NCBI GenBank assembly: GCA_028534125.1
Contig: CM052817.1
Location: 67,644,001-67,708,000 of the forward strand
DNA from: Lama glama
Lineage: Eukaryota
Length of the DNA stretch: 64,000 bases
Direction of reading: 5' to 3'
The first letter of the stretch is position 1. The number at the start of each line of letters is the position of its first letter. This document shows positions 23,280 through 36,249 of this stretch, in pieces. Position numbers and translations under genes: made by a program. The notes below the pieces were generated by a model. That model was not told the origin of the DNA. It did no database searches and saw only the letters and a program-made list of their open reading frames with translations.

Positions 23280-25600
23280 TGTTAATAGAAGAAAAAGCTC
23301 TAAAAATGTTGAGTAGACATCCAAATGTTTGGCTGTGCATCAAGAACAAACCACTGAACCTTGGTATTCACCCAGTCCCCCTTAAGAGGTCAGCTTGACA
23401 TTTTGGGTTCATTTCAGATAGTTATGGCCAACAGCACTAACAACCTTTGGTCCCAACCCAGTTAAATAGTAGTTCTTGTGATTCACTGACATACTTTTTG
23501 TTGTATTTGTTTTTCTCTTTTGCTCTGTATATGTGTGACAAATGGTCTTATTTCACAATGACAGTAAGAATTAGTCCTTAAAATCCAGAAAGTACTGAGT
23601 GGCTAGCCCTTTGTTATGCATCCAGGGATATAGGTGTAATACCTTGACACAAAGTAAGTAATTAAGGGGGGAGGGTATAGCTCAAGTGGTAGAGCGCATG
23701 GCTTAGCATACCCAAGGTCCTGAGTTCAAGCCCCGGTACTTCCTCCAAACATAAATAAGTAAACCTAATTTTCCCCCCTAAAAATTTTAAAAATTAAAAA
23801 AAAACAAGTGAATAATTAATTCATACTTGTTCAATGAAGGAATGCATAAAATTAGTACTATAAAATCACCAAATAGTTACTTCATTTGCCTTTACTCTGT
23901 ATAACTAATACCACAAAAGACAACTCATTCTAATTTTTGAAAACCAAAGTTTTAGCCTTATTATTTTACCTGCATACCAAATATATTTGTTCAAAAACTT
24001 CAGAAATGCTTAGCTTAAAATCAGCAATTTTCCTACTCTCACTGTTTTTATAAAATGTGTTAAACAGCCCTGACATTTGACAAGAGATTCAGAAGTTGTG
24101 ATGCTATCTTTCCAGCATATAATAGATTCTGAAAAATAGCCACTAGAAATGGAGACCTCTTCAGGTACTCAATTTCATAAACAGAAAGTTTGGGGATCTT
24201 CTGAATTAACTGTCAGAATAGGATACATTTTAGTCTGGATGAGAACAACCAAACAAAATGTTTTAATATTGCTAAAGAAGTACGCTTGGTTTGGAAACAA
24301 AAAATAAGCTTAATTTAGTTTTGTTTTTTTCATAAACTCCCATTTTGGGGTGGCAGAAGAGTCAGTGGCTTCTTTAGATTTCCTATGTGGCAGTGTGTAT
24401 TGCAAAATAGTATCTCTTAAAACGTGGAGCATATCTTGCTAACCTCTTATGTAACATATGTCATTGGTGTGGAACAGCTACATTTTTCTACTTATATTTC
24501 ACCAAAATCCACATGTGCAATTTAAAAACAACACACATTTTTCAGGATGGGGCTGGGTGTTTCTTCTCTCTTCTTAAATGTTTTCTCTCAATTAAGAAAT
24601 GTTTAAATGGAGATTATCTATCATCTGCCACCCTCTTTTAAGAGAATGTGGGTAATCAGATGGGACATGTCTTTAAAATGGGACATGCATCAAAAGTGTG
24701 TGTGCATGCATCTGCACACATACAAAGAGATATATTTTTAATTGTTTTGCATACAAGACAGGCCATTTCTCAATTCCTCATCACTACCACACAGCCTTCA
24801 AAAAAATTACAAATGCTTCTTTTCTGTTCTGCTGGGGCATTTCAACCAAAAACATAAGTTGCGCAGAAATAGTGGCTATAGAAATGCAAAGGGGGTAAAT
24901 AATACTCAATTATACTATCAAAAACTGCAACTGAAGTAGGGCAGTACCAAGGTTTATATTTAATAATGCTGACTGTATTTTTTCTTGCCTTTATCTATAC
25001 TCCAAATTGAATGTGCATTTGCTGAGTCCCAAACTGGAAGGCTCTTTACTGCTAAAAATAACACATCTTAATGAAAATATTTTAGCAGGCATTCCAGATT
25101 AGGAAATCAGCACATGCCAAGAAAGGTTCCTTTGTACAAAAATAGTAAAATTTGATGAATAATGGATTCAAGTGATGCCAATTACTTTCCTTCATTTCAC
25201 ACAAAATTTCTTTATATGAAATGAAAGAAAGTGAGATTTCCTACACAAGATTTGCAGACACCTTGGCTCTCAAGAATAAAGGCTTCTTCAGGTTTCTACA
25301 CGTCTCTCATTTATTTTGCTAAGGAGCTTATTTTGAATAGTGCTCTATGACAGCATTTAGAGTTTTCCATTAAGTTTATTAAAGAAAAAATATTAACTAT
25401 CTCCTAAAAAATATTTGGCTCTATTTAGGGATTATACTTTAAACACCAAATTACTAACAAGGCATCTGGTAAAGGTGAAGGTGGCTGTTAAGCTCTTGTA
25501 GACTTTGATCTTGCTAATTAAGTTTTATAAGACTTCAGAGAGAAAAAAAGCTCTGTCAGTCAACTTACTTAGATACTGTAATTTTAGGAAGAAGTTATTT
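23280..25600 (+). pseudogene. Collagen-like relic blocks
   Basis: GQL-DIL-GSF; VLK-IQK-VLS-G*P..CIQ-GYR-CNT then donor-like gtaagt (23654). ORF 24742: GHF-NQK-HKL-RRN-S-GYR-NAK-GVN-NTQ. GC*-ALV-DFD. Confidence 0.65.
23666..23804 (+). mobile_element. tRNA-derived SINE (vic-1-like)
   Basis: gggtatagctcaagtggtagagcgcatg...gagttcaagccccggtact, A-rich tail; imperfect TSD aagtaagtaattaa / aagtgaataattaa. Confidence 0.9.
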
Positions 25601-27521
25601 TAGCAATTTGATATACCCTGTGTTCTAAAACCAAAATAACCCTAATTTTTAAAAACATGACACTGATAACAATCATTCACATTATAAAATTTAACTTCTG
25701 GTTGACAATATAATCAATACAACCAGCTTAAGAGAAAGAGGGGAGAAGGAGGTGAGGGGAGAAATTCTCTCTCAGAAAGTATCATAAAAAAATAAGTAAC
25801 TTCTCTACATCTTTCTCTCTGAAAAATACATATTGATCCTTATGGTTTCTATGAACTCATTTTATTCTGCTCTGGCAACACTTTAATCAAAATTATATCT
25901 GAATTAGCATCTTAGTAACGCGCACTTTTCCGATTCAGTTTGGAGTGGAGGAACGTGGGTTGAGGTACTGGATAGGCAAGAGTACAAATCCAAGCTCCAA
26001 CATTTACTGCAGACCTTGGTCAAGATCCAACACCTTCAGTCTGTACTTTCATCCATAAGATCATAAGACACTTATCCTAAAATGGTCTGAATTTTATGTC
26101 AATGCTCCATTGAAATTATCTTCATGAAGATCACCAACACAATCTTAACTTTAAAATGTAATAAATATTTAGCTCTTATCTTATTTGACCTCTTTGCACT
26201 CTTTGACCCTTAACAATTTCATAACTCTTCAGAGAAACTAAAGAAGGCAGTTCGATCTACCCTTTCTTGCCATTTTTCTTCCTTCCTGATGGTTCACTCT
26301 CACTCTTGTTTTGCAGACGATTCTCTCTACTGTTAAATGACCTCTGTGCTCTTCTCCCACTGAATTATCCTCATGACAAATTCTACCCACCACTGCTGCT
26401 TCCCACTCGCCTCATCTCCAGACCTCTGTCCCAAGCTCTTAGCCCCCAGATCGCCTACCGCCTTTCCGACAACTTCACTGCATTGTTCTGTGAGTATCAT
26501 CCAAACCCCCACCCACCTCAACCCAAGACAGAAAGCTAGAATTCATCCCAGACCCTTTTCTCTCCCTTGTTATGCTCTCACATCCCCTCAGTCTACAAAA
26601 GCTTACTGATTCTTCTTTAAACTATATTATTTCTTCTTATTCACCCTGCCACTATCTTGGTGCAATGCTTTATGTTAGATCAGTGGCATAGCCTCTGCAT
26701 TATTCATAGTAGTCTAAATGTTGTAATAAAGAACAGTTGTAAGAAATAATTTTTTTCTTGCTCATGTCACAATCCCGTGCAAATTTTGGGGTGAGATCTA
26801 CTCCATGCAGGTACCCAGGCTTTTTCCATCAAGTAGCCACACTCCCTCCCCGTGGCTCAGAGTCCTGGCAGAACTTATGAAGTTCCCTACCCTGGAGGGA
26901 GGCTGAGTTGATTAAACTTTAATTCTGCTCTCCGAGAATCATCTCCTTGACCCTCTCCTTGTTGGCCCTTAGCTCTTAGGAGTTCTTACTGTCTTGTCTA
27001 TTTCTTCCCTTTGGATGCAGCTTGAAATGAGTGTTACCAAAAGTTTGAAAGCCAAAAAAGTGATTTACAGCTCAAACAATTTTTCAGTCTGATATTTTGC
27101 ATTTCTTGATAATATAAATTCTTTAAAATCTTGGTAGGCTTCCATGGTGTTTGCTTCCATCTGTAATTCTCAGGTCTTTCTCTCCTCTTCCCTCTCCCCC
27201 CTCTCTCCTTAACTGCAGCTACTCTGATTACAGTTTCTTATTGGAAGGCCACACCCTTGGTCTGATCTTTGCCATAGAACTAAATCATGTTTCCAGCTGA
27301 GAAGTTTTACTGGCCCTTTGTGGCTCCATTTGGGATAAGGAAGCAATTGGCTTTCCAACCGTTTTTCACTCCAAGTTTTCAGATTCCCTTTACCATTTCC
27401 TATTCAGCTTGAAAACTGGCCAGTTCCTTCTGCGGTCCTATCTTTCTTGACACACCTTAACAAAGGAAGCCACTAACAGCTACCACACTAACACTCTGTC
27501 CTTTAAAACTCATCCCCTCCA

Positions 27522-28971
27522 GCAGCAGTTTTCCAGAGTGGTCTGCACAACCCTGGGCATCCCAAAGACTCTTTCAGTGAGTCCACAAGGTCAAAAACAC
27601 TTTCATAATACTACTGAGAGGTTGTTTTCCTTTTTCACTGTGTTGATGCTCACGCTGATGCTACAAAAGCAATGATGAGGAAAGCTATTGATGCTCTGGC
27701 ACAAATATGTCATCAAACTGTTATCAATGTGTTGTTTGTATTGTATCATTGTTTAAGCATTGTATCATATCTTTTCCTATGTACTTACAGTTAATTTTTT
27801 AAACAGCCAGTTTCACTTAAAAATGCCTTTGATGAAAGAGTAAAAAGTATTCACTTTATTAAATCTCAAGCCTGGAGAACAAGTCTTAAATATTCTGTGA
27901 GGCCAAAAGCAAAGAACACAAACAGCACTTCTGCTGCATACCTAAATCCAATGGCTGTCTTGAGGAACAGCAGTGTGCGATTGTTTGAGTTGCAAACTGA
28001 ACTAGTCTCTTTTTCGAGGAACGCCATTTTTACTTGAAAGAACAAGTGATAAACAAAATATGGTTATTCAGACGTGGGTATTTGGCAGTCACTTTCTTGA
28101 AAATAAATGAAGTGAGCCTGTCACTCGAAGGCAAACAACCTGACAGTATTTGTTGCCAATGATAAAACTTCAGCTTTCAAGTAAAAATTAGAATTTTGGA
28201 AAACTTGTCCCGACCACCCTGAGCCTGACAGCTTCTGAATCCTTGAAGACTTTTCTGAAGACATCAGTAGTGATATTAACAAATGTGATTTTTAAAAATA
28301 TTATATAATGAAGTGTGCCAATGGCACAACTCAACGAAACAATATTTTCTAAGTAACCAATGTAAGATATCACAAAATCATGCACAGGCAAATGATCCCT
28401 TTAAAGTACAACTAAACCAGTGAATTTTAATGCAATAGTATGTGAAAAGTTCATTGATATGGTTTCAGATTCCAGCTTGTAGTCATCTTTTAAGAAATTA
28501 TCACCTGTTGAATTACTAGGTAGTATCCAAGGATAGCCACAATTATCTGAAAAGTCTATTAAAATACTCTTTCAAAAGGAGGTTGGTCTTCTAACATGAA
28601 ATACCTCTACATCTGTGTGAGATCAGATTTTCTTTATATACTTCAATGAAAACAACTTATCAAAACAGAGTGAATGAACAAATGAGAATCTAGCTAATCT
28701 TCTATTAAGCTAAATAGTACAGAGTTTTGCAAAAATAGGAAACAATGCCATTTTTCATTAAATTTTTTGAAAGTAGTTATAAAAATATGTTGTGTATGTT
28801 AACATAATGAATTTATGATTACTTTCAATTGATTAATTTTTTTGACTTCAGTATTAATTTTAATTTGGTAATTCATGCTAGATATAACCCAAAAGCAAAA
28901 GTTTTCGTGAGCCTCAATAGTTTTTAAATTGGGTAAAGGAGCCCCAGGAAGAAAACATTTGAGAATCTCTG
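27522..28971. mobile_element. Charlie1a-like hAT DNA transposon, near full length
   Basis: Ends cagcagttttccagagtg ... tttgagaatctctg; about 1.45 kb with degenerate transposase-like interior. Confidence 0.85.
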
Positions 28972-28978
28972 TCCCAGA

Positions 28979-29395
28979 GAAGGGGTCAGCAAACTATGGC
29001 TCACAGGTAAAATCCAGCTGCTGGCCTATTCTAAGAATAAAGTTCTATTGGCACTCACCCGCACCCATGTGCTTATATACCATCATGGCTGCTTGCATGC
29101 TATAATGGCAGAACTGAATACTTGTAACACAGAGAGTACTATTCCCCAAATTTTACTATTTAGCCCTTTACAGAAAAACATGGCTGATCTCTGTTCTAGA
29201 CCTTTGGTTCTCAAGCCTCGCTACATGTCAGAATCACTCGGAAAACTGTTCAAGTAATACCAATGCCCCTTTCCCTCCCCCAACACACACACACAGAACA
29301 ATTCAATCAGAATCTCTGAGAGCAGGGTCCAAATATGGATAGTTTTTTAAATCCTCCAAGTGATTCTAATACGTAGGCAAAGTTAAAATTTGCTG
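28979..29395. mobile_element. MER58A-like element followed by MER5-like element
   Basis: aggggtcagcaaactatggc...cctttacagaaaaacatggctgatctctg; ttggttctcaagcct...tcagaatcact...tgattctaat. Confidence 0.8.
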
Positions 29396-29400
29396 TCCTT

Positions 29401-30195
29401 TGTATGCATATATACTACAGCTTCCTTATCCAATCATCAGTCAGTGGACATCTAGGTTGCTTCCATGTCTTAGATATTGTAAATGCTGCTGCTATGAACA
29501 TTGGGGTGCATGTATCTTTTCAAATTAGAGTTCCCTCCAGATATATTCCCAGGAGTGGGATTGGTGGATCATATGATAACTCTATTTTCTGTTTTTTTTT
29601 TTTATGGAATCTCCGTACTGTTTTCCATAGTGGCTGCACCAAACCACATTCTCACCAACAGTGTAAGACGGTTTCCTTTTCTCCTCACTCTCTTCAGCCT
29701 TTATCATTTGTGGACTTTTTAATGAAATACTAATCAGCTATAAAAAATGAAATAATGGCATTTGCAGCAACATGGATGGACCTAGAGATTATCATACTAA
29801 ATCTAGTAAGTCAGAGAAAGACAAATATATCATATGATATCACTTATATGTGGAATCTAAAAAAAATGAACAAATGAACTTACTTACAAAACAAGAACAG
29901 GCTCAATAAACACAGAGAACAAACCTATGGTTACCAAAGGGGAAGCAGGGAGGTTGGTGAGAGATGAATTAGGAGTTTGGGATTAGCAGATAAAAACTTT
30001 TATACATAAAACAGATAAACAGGTTCCTACTATATAGCACATGGAACTATATTCAATATCTTTTAATAACCTATGATGAAAAAGAACATATGCATGTGTA
30101 ACTTAATCACTATGCTGTACACTAGAAACTAACAACATTGTATATCAACTATACTTCAATAAAAAAATTAAAAGGACAACCTGAAGAAAAAAAAG
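29401..30195. mobile_element. 5'-inverted L1 3' fragment
   Basis: 29401-~29722 antisense L1 and ~29721-30170 sense L1 3' end with A tail; the two pieces are adjacent in L1. Confidence 0.85.
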
Positions 30196-30853
30196 AATGA
30201 CTGTCCTAAAGCTATAAGATTTTTGGGCATACATCTTGCCTTGCAAGTTATTCCAGTCATCAGCTTATCCAAGGTTTTTCCCCTTCAGAACCTCTAATAC
30301 TAGAGTCTTCGCTGCCCAAGCACTAAGTCAGTGTCACATTTATTGTTGCTGTTACAGCAACACCCCACTGCTAGGTACAAATTTCAGCATTAGTCAGGAT
30401 AAGCTTCTGTTGCAAACAGTTCTCAATGTCAGAGGCTAACACAACAAAGGTTTATTTACCATGCAAATCATGGTGCACTGTGCTTTGGTGGGGGTCTCTG
30501 CTCCACAAAGGAATCCAGCTGCTTCTAGCTAGAGACCCTCCCATCCCTCTAGGCCTCAGAGAACACGGCTGGATCCCTCTTCATCCAGTCAACAGATGAG
30601 AGAAAAGAATGACCATGAAGGATTGAGTAAGAGGTGGTCTATGAGTCAGGCCTGGAGAAGGTATACATAACTCCCATTGGCCAGAACTTAGTCATATTGA
30701 TCACAACTAAGTGCAAAGAAGGTGCAAATGGTAGCCTACCTTTCTACCAAAAAGGAAAAGTAAAATGGTTTAGTGAACCAGCTTTATCCCTGTCACAAAC
30801 TCCTTCCTAACTAGTCTCCTATATGGCGTCCTATGAACTACCTTCAGGCCCCT

Positions 30854-31358
30854 TGTGGCAGACGGAGCAACAGCCTTCCAGAGAGGTTCACATCCTATTC
30901 TTCAGAACCTGTGAATATGTTACCTTAGCAAAAGGGACTTTTGCAACTGTGATTAAGGTTAAGGACCTTGATGTGGGGAGATTATCTTGGATTCTCCAAG
31001 TGGGCTCAATATTACATGAGCCCTTTAAAATGGAGAACCTTTCTGGACTACAGACAGAGAGATGTGAAGATGGATGAAGGGTCCAAGAGATGCAATATGG
31101 TTGAAGGAAGATGGAGGAAGGGAGCTGTGAGCCAAGAATGCCTTCCAAGTTACTCCTGTAGAAGCTGGAGAGAGCAAGGAAAGGGACTCTCCCCCAGAGC
31201 CTCCAGAAAGGAAGGCAGCCCTGCCAACACCTTGATTTTAGCCCAGTGAGGTCTGCATCAGACTTCTGACCCAAAGAACCATAAAATAATCAGTTTGTGC
31301 AGTTTTTAGCCACTAAATTTGGGGTAATTTGTTACAGTAGCAACGGAAAATAAACACA
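30854..31358 (+). mobile_element. MLT1D-like LTR
   Basis: tgtggcaga...gaacctgtgaatatgttacctta...ccagagcctccagaaaggaa...gttacagtagcaacggaaaataaaca. Confidence 0.85.
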
Positions 31359-32099
31359 TCGTCTTCTGTCCTGCTCTTACTGCTGTCAGTGATGGTCCCA
31401 AAATGTATATCTTAATGGTTGCTCCTTTTTCTCAAGTCCTTAATGCTTCCACACTCATTCACTTAATAAATATGCATTACACAACTGCAGTGTGTTGGGC
31501 ATTCTCTAGGTCAGCAGTAGGGCTGCGCGGGCTGAGATAGAAGGGTTCCTGCTCCGAGGAAGCCTGGTGTCACAGGGACTGCAGAGCACAGCCTAAACCG
31601 CAGCATGCCGTTCACTGCCTGCAGAGTCTAACTCTGAGCAACCTGCATGTCATCATCACCTGCCACTTCTCTCTGCCAGAAAAAATCAAAAAATAGAAGC
31701 CTAAGAGTCCCAATATAATGTAGTTATCAAACTTCTAAGACTCTATACTACTTCATGGCCTGTTTTAGGAACATCGTTGACCATGGTATGAAACTGTTCT
31801 GCCCTTCCCAATCTTTGTCCATCTGGAAAACTCTCACTTCTCCTTCAAGGTGATCCAGATAATAAGGTCGCTCCTTCTAGACTCTCTCCTCTACTTTTAC
31901 CTCAGAGTTCATACATCTGATTTAGTAGTTATTCCACTGAATTGCAACTGTCTCTTTCCTGTCCTCATTGTGGCTTTTAACAAATTCAAAGAGAAGTTGC
32001 TAGTGAATCTACTTCTAAATAAAGGCTGACAGGTCTCATTCATTCATTCATTCTCTCAAAATAAGTTCATCAAAACATGTACTTCACCAGAACTTAATT

Positions 32100-33570
32100 C
32101 TGCAGGAAGATCAACAGCGCCACAAAAACCTCAAAATAGGAAAAACAGACCAGCTTCTAAACTCCTTCTGCAGTATCTTTTCCAGCATAGATCTCCTATT
32201 CTTTTCAAAGAGCATATTTCCTAGTGAAACACAATATGGAGAGCAACTCTGGGAAGCCTGCATAATGACAATCAAACTGAATGTGGCTACTACAAAACTA
32301 GGATTCTGCATCTTCCTCCATTAGTAAATTTCTGTGATTTACTAGACATGTGAAGGTGTACAGTGCCCATAACTGCAACACATGTCAACTCATACCTGCC
32401 ACACATAACGCACAGTGGATTAAGTGTACATGAATCATTTCATTTGGATAGATTTATTTTATCTGCCTACAAAAACTGGAGGAAAAAGATCAGCCTTTTT
32501 ATAAGCATTTCAAACATAGAATGTTAATACTGTGAAACTATTTTGTCATAATTTACTGTTAAGTTTTTTTCTTGAAAAAGAGAGACACTGGTCTGTTTCA
32601 TGCATGACACATTTTCCTGGTACAGCCACGCACCCATGCAAGATTCACATTCTATTTAATTAAGTAGACAAGAATCTTCCCCATCAATTATTAAATTACC
32701 CTGCCTCCATATAGTTTATGTTCACCACAGCAAACAATATATTTTACTCAGTAATATTCTGTAATATAAAATTGTGATCTGCTAAATAATTTACTGTTTA
32801 CAGAGACTATTTTGATAAATTATTGTCACATTGCAGAGCCATCCTGCAGAGGAAAATTTTAATACATTTTCAATCATTTCTTGAACAACTACTTTGCACC
32901 TACCATGTAAAAAGTGTAGAGAAAGTTAAGAAGTAACTGTAGAATAATTACCAGTTGGTGCATAGAGTAAAATATATTCTGACCACAGGCATATAATTTT
33001 CAACATACAAATCCTAGCTGTCAGGACATGAAGTTTTCCTGAACATTTCCACTTATCTTTTATTAAGCACTCTCATCTAGCAGCCAGCAGACATCGGATT
33101 CCTACTGGCCCTGTGCTTTAGTTATCCTGCACACTGCATATTAATAGTAATTAGCAATTGTCCACATCCCCACCTCCCAACACATTAGCAGTTTTCCAGT
33201 GGGAATTGATTCTGTGCTACAGGGTCTAACCTGCTAACCACAGTGGTACAGAGTAACCAGGGAATTATCCCCCTTGGAAGATGGGAGTTCTTTCTGCTTC
33301 TAAGCCTATGATCATTAAAGCCAACCAATACATTGTTAGACTTAACAAATCACAAGGGCTGTCGGAACCTGCAAATTGCAATGGTGGAGTCACAATTACC
33401 CAGCAATTAGGTTTACAGCTGTACTCACCCTTTCAATAATCAAGTCTACAAATGCACCCACGCTTCTTTTTGCTGAGCTTGATCTGGAAGGTTTCTAAAG
33501 CTTTCATTTTTATGCAGGTTTCTGAAACCAAGGAAGCAACAGCATTCGAATGAAGTAATAATGACAAACC
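32100..33570 (+). pseudogene. Collagen-like relic blocks
   Basis: 33202: GID-S-VLQ-GLT-C*P-Q-WYR-VTR-ELS. 33275-33391: WKM-GVL-SAS-KPM-IIK-ANQ-YIV-RLN-KSQ-GLS-EPA-NCN-GGV. AEL-DLE-GF*-SFH. Confidence 0.75.
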
Positions 33571-34209
33571 TTATGAAGCAAAAAGAACAATAATTTATTC
33601 ATCTAACATAAACCTAATTTGAAAAAAAATAGGGTATTGCTAAGTTCTATTTCCAAACAGAATATGCTCTAAGCCATTATAAAACTTTGGCTGCCAGAAG
33701 AGTGTCTCGTTTAGTAACAATGAACACGAAAACCTAATGTTTTAGGAATGATTTCAGCTATAGGTAACAAATAGTCTAGAGTAGCCAGTTTTTTGGGTTT
33801 GTTTTTGTTTTTTTTAATTGAGGAGTATTTTTTTTTTCTCAAAGTGTGAAATCCAGAGACACCAGTGTTGGACTAGTTCAGCAGATTAATGATGCCAAAG
33901 ACCCTGTGATTTCCTTGACCTTTCCCTCACAACTACAAAAAGGCTGCTAGAGCTTCAACAATTATATCCCCTTTCCACCAGGAAGAAGGAAGATGGGACA
34001 GTGAGAAGGGGTGGTGCCAACATCTGAAAGTAAACATGTAACCAGGGAGCACCCAGAACATATTTCTCTTTGGCCAGAATTTTGTCCTAGAGTCACTGCT
34101 GGCCTAAAGGTGGTAAGAAAGAAGGGAGAGGCAAAGAGAAAGAAAGAAAAAAAAAAAAAGCACCTTCTGACATCCAGAAACTGTCCTAACACTCATAGCT
34201 GCACCATAA

Positions 34210-35185
34210 TATTGTTAAGAACTTAGTGTAGCACTCACAATATGCCTTGGTATTCTGTTGACCATAAAGAAGCTTCCAAATCACCATCAGCCACCATGAT
34301 GAAGTAAAAAAAAATAAGACAGCTCCATGATATTCTCATTGTGAAAACCACAAAAATTCCAAGCATCTCCATACCCTGACTAATTTGGGGACCTGCTGCT
34401 CCTTTCCCAACTATAGCTTTAGCCTCACTTTATTTTGTCCACCTTATACATAAAATTTTTAAATTATCTGATCATAGGTCATCCTCAGTTCCTGACAGCA
34501 TGCAATCCAGAAGCCACTTTTTTTAAACACCTATATTGTGGTATGATTCCTGTACAGCAAACTACATATATTTCAGATGTACAATTTGATGAATTTTGAT
34601 AGATGTATACACCAATAAAAACCATCAACACAATTAAGATAGCTAATATTTCCATCACTTCCCAAAAGGTGCAAATTTCAAATCCCAATTTGTCCCTTCC
34701 CACCCCCTTTACGCCCTGGTAACTGTAAATTTATTCTCTATGTTTGTGAGTCTGTTTCTGTTTTATAGATTAAAAAAAAAAAGGATACAAATGAACTTAA
34801 GATTCCACGTATAAGCAATAATATGGTATTTTTCTTTCTCTTTCTGGCTTACTTCACTTAGAATGATGATCCATCTCCAGGTCCATCCATCTTGCTGCAA
34901 TGGCATTATTTCATTCCTTTCTACGGTTAAGTAGTATTACATATACCACATCTTCTTCATCCAGTCATCTGTCTGATGGACATTTGGGCAAAGCCACTTT
35001 TTAAAACCCTCCCCAAAAGTCACCTAACATGGGTCCCAATCCTATGATAATCCTTTCAAACACCTTCTACTAAAATGCCCCACATTTCTCCTGGTATGTG
35101 GGTTTCTTCCTGGTATCCAGTAATAAATTCAGCTTGTTCATTTACAGGGTGTGTTCCTGATGGTCTTTGGCTGGAAGGCACTGGA
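34210..35185. mobile_element. ERV-type LTR split by an antisense L1 3' insertion (~34522-34990)
   Basis: TSD aagccacttttt at 34511 and 34991; L1 3'UTR motifs between. Confidence 0.65.
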
Positions 35186-35677
35186 GATTCATTCAACTAA
35201 ATACTTGCTGCAACTCTGTTCCACTCTAGTCTAATTAAGATGACACACCTTAATAGGTCATGCTTCAAAGTGTGCAACCAGAAAAGGAGCTAGGGCATAT
35301 AATAAAGAATCAGGGGACAAGGGCTCCTGTCTTCTCTGTCCAATTAACTAGTTAAGTGACCCGAGGTAAGTCATTGAAGGATAGGAAAGGAACTGACCTC
35401 ACAACAGTCTAAGTGAACCAGTTAACATTAACCATGTTTGAGACAGCAAAACTGAATCTTCAAAATTCTAAGTATATTTTCCTTCTCTTTATGTTTCATA
35501 AGTGGCAAAATCAGAATTTGAATCCAGGCATCTAATTCTAAAGTCTGAAAGTTCTCCATTATGCCAAGTTTTCATTTCTTCCTCTGTAAACTAACCAGGT
35601 CATAGGATTAGAATTTCATTTATCTATGTTCTCATGTTGAATTCTTTCACTATTAGATGACAACAGTATTGGGTTGT

Positions 35678-35784
35678 ATTTCTTTTTCTTTCTTTTTTTT
35701 TTTAAATGGATATACTGGGGATTGAACCCAGGACCTTGTGCATGTTAAGCACACACTCTACCACTGAGCTATTCCCACCCTCCC
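35678..35784 (-). mobile_element. tRNA-derived SINE (vic-1-like)
   Basis: ctggggattgaacccaggacc...ctctaccactgagctattccc with T tail. Confidence 0.9.
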
Positions 35785-36249
35785 AAGCCCACTACCCCAC
35801 CTACCCCTAGGATTAGAATTTTAAAGGTCACCATGCCAGGACTCTGAATGACGAATCACAGTATCCACATTTACTCTTTTTTAATCCCACCTGATCTGTA
35901 GATTAAAGTGCAGGAACACTGTAAAGTGGGGTATGTTTATGGAGGTTTCAAATTTGACCAAGCCTTTTTTTAAATAGCATTAATCATGAATTTGAGTCAC
36001 CATTCGAACTTCCAAGTCAAATTAATGTTCAGTTTCTTGTAATTTAAAACATGACTACTTCATTTAAGAAATTGTGTGATGTCTGGTACAAAGTGGTGCT
36101 AAATGAAGTCTTGACAATAAATGTACAGAAGCAAGTAAGCATATTCCTTTTTTCTATTCAGCATTGACCATTAACACTTTAACATTTGCATATTCAAGTG
36201 GGAAAGCTTTACAAGCTAGTAATAGACAAATATTAGGAAATATAATCAC

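Larger units (their letters stand above)
26695..30797 (-). mobile_element. MaLR (MLT1) element with two LTR-like ends and internal region, set in L2 and hosting nested insertions
   Basis: LTR-like ~26695-26880 and ~30385-30797 share motifs (ctactccatgcaggtacccaggct / ctgctccacaaaggaatccagct); internal-like sequence resumes after 30200. Confidence 0.55.

Noticed and set aside
23666..23745. Possible tRNA gene
   Set aside because: It has a SINE tail, TSDs and several diverged copies in the window, so it is a tRNA-derived SINE.
31510..31610. GLR-GLR and RKP-GVT-GTA collagen-like reading
   Set aside because: It directly follows and resembles an L2 3' end, so it is probably chance. It shows the false-positive risk of short matches.
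33429..33521. 93-nt minus-strand exon candidate (tttcag ... gtgagt)
   Set aside because: Stops in all three frames, and the + strand reads as collagen relic here. A non-coding exon cannot be excluded.
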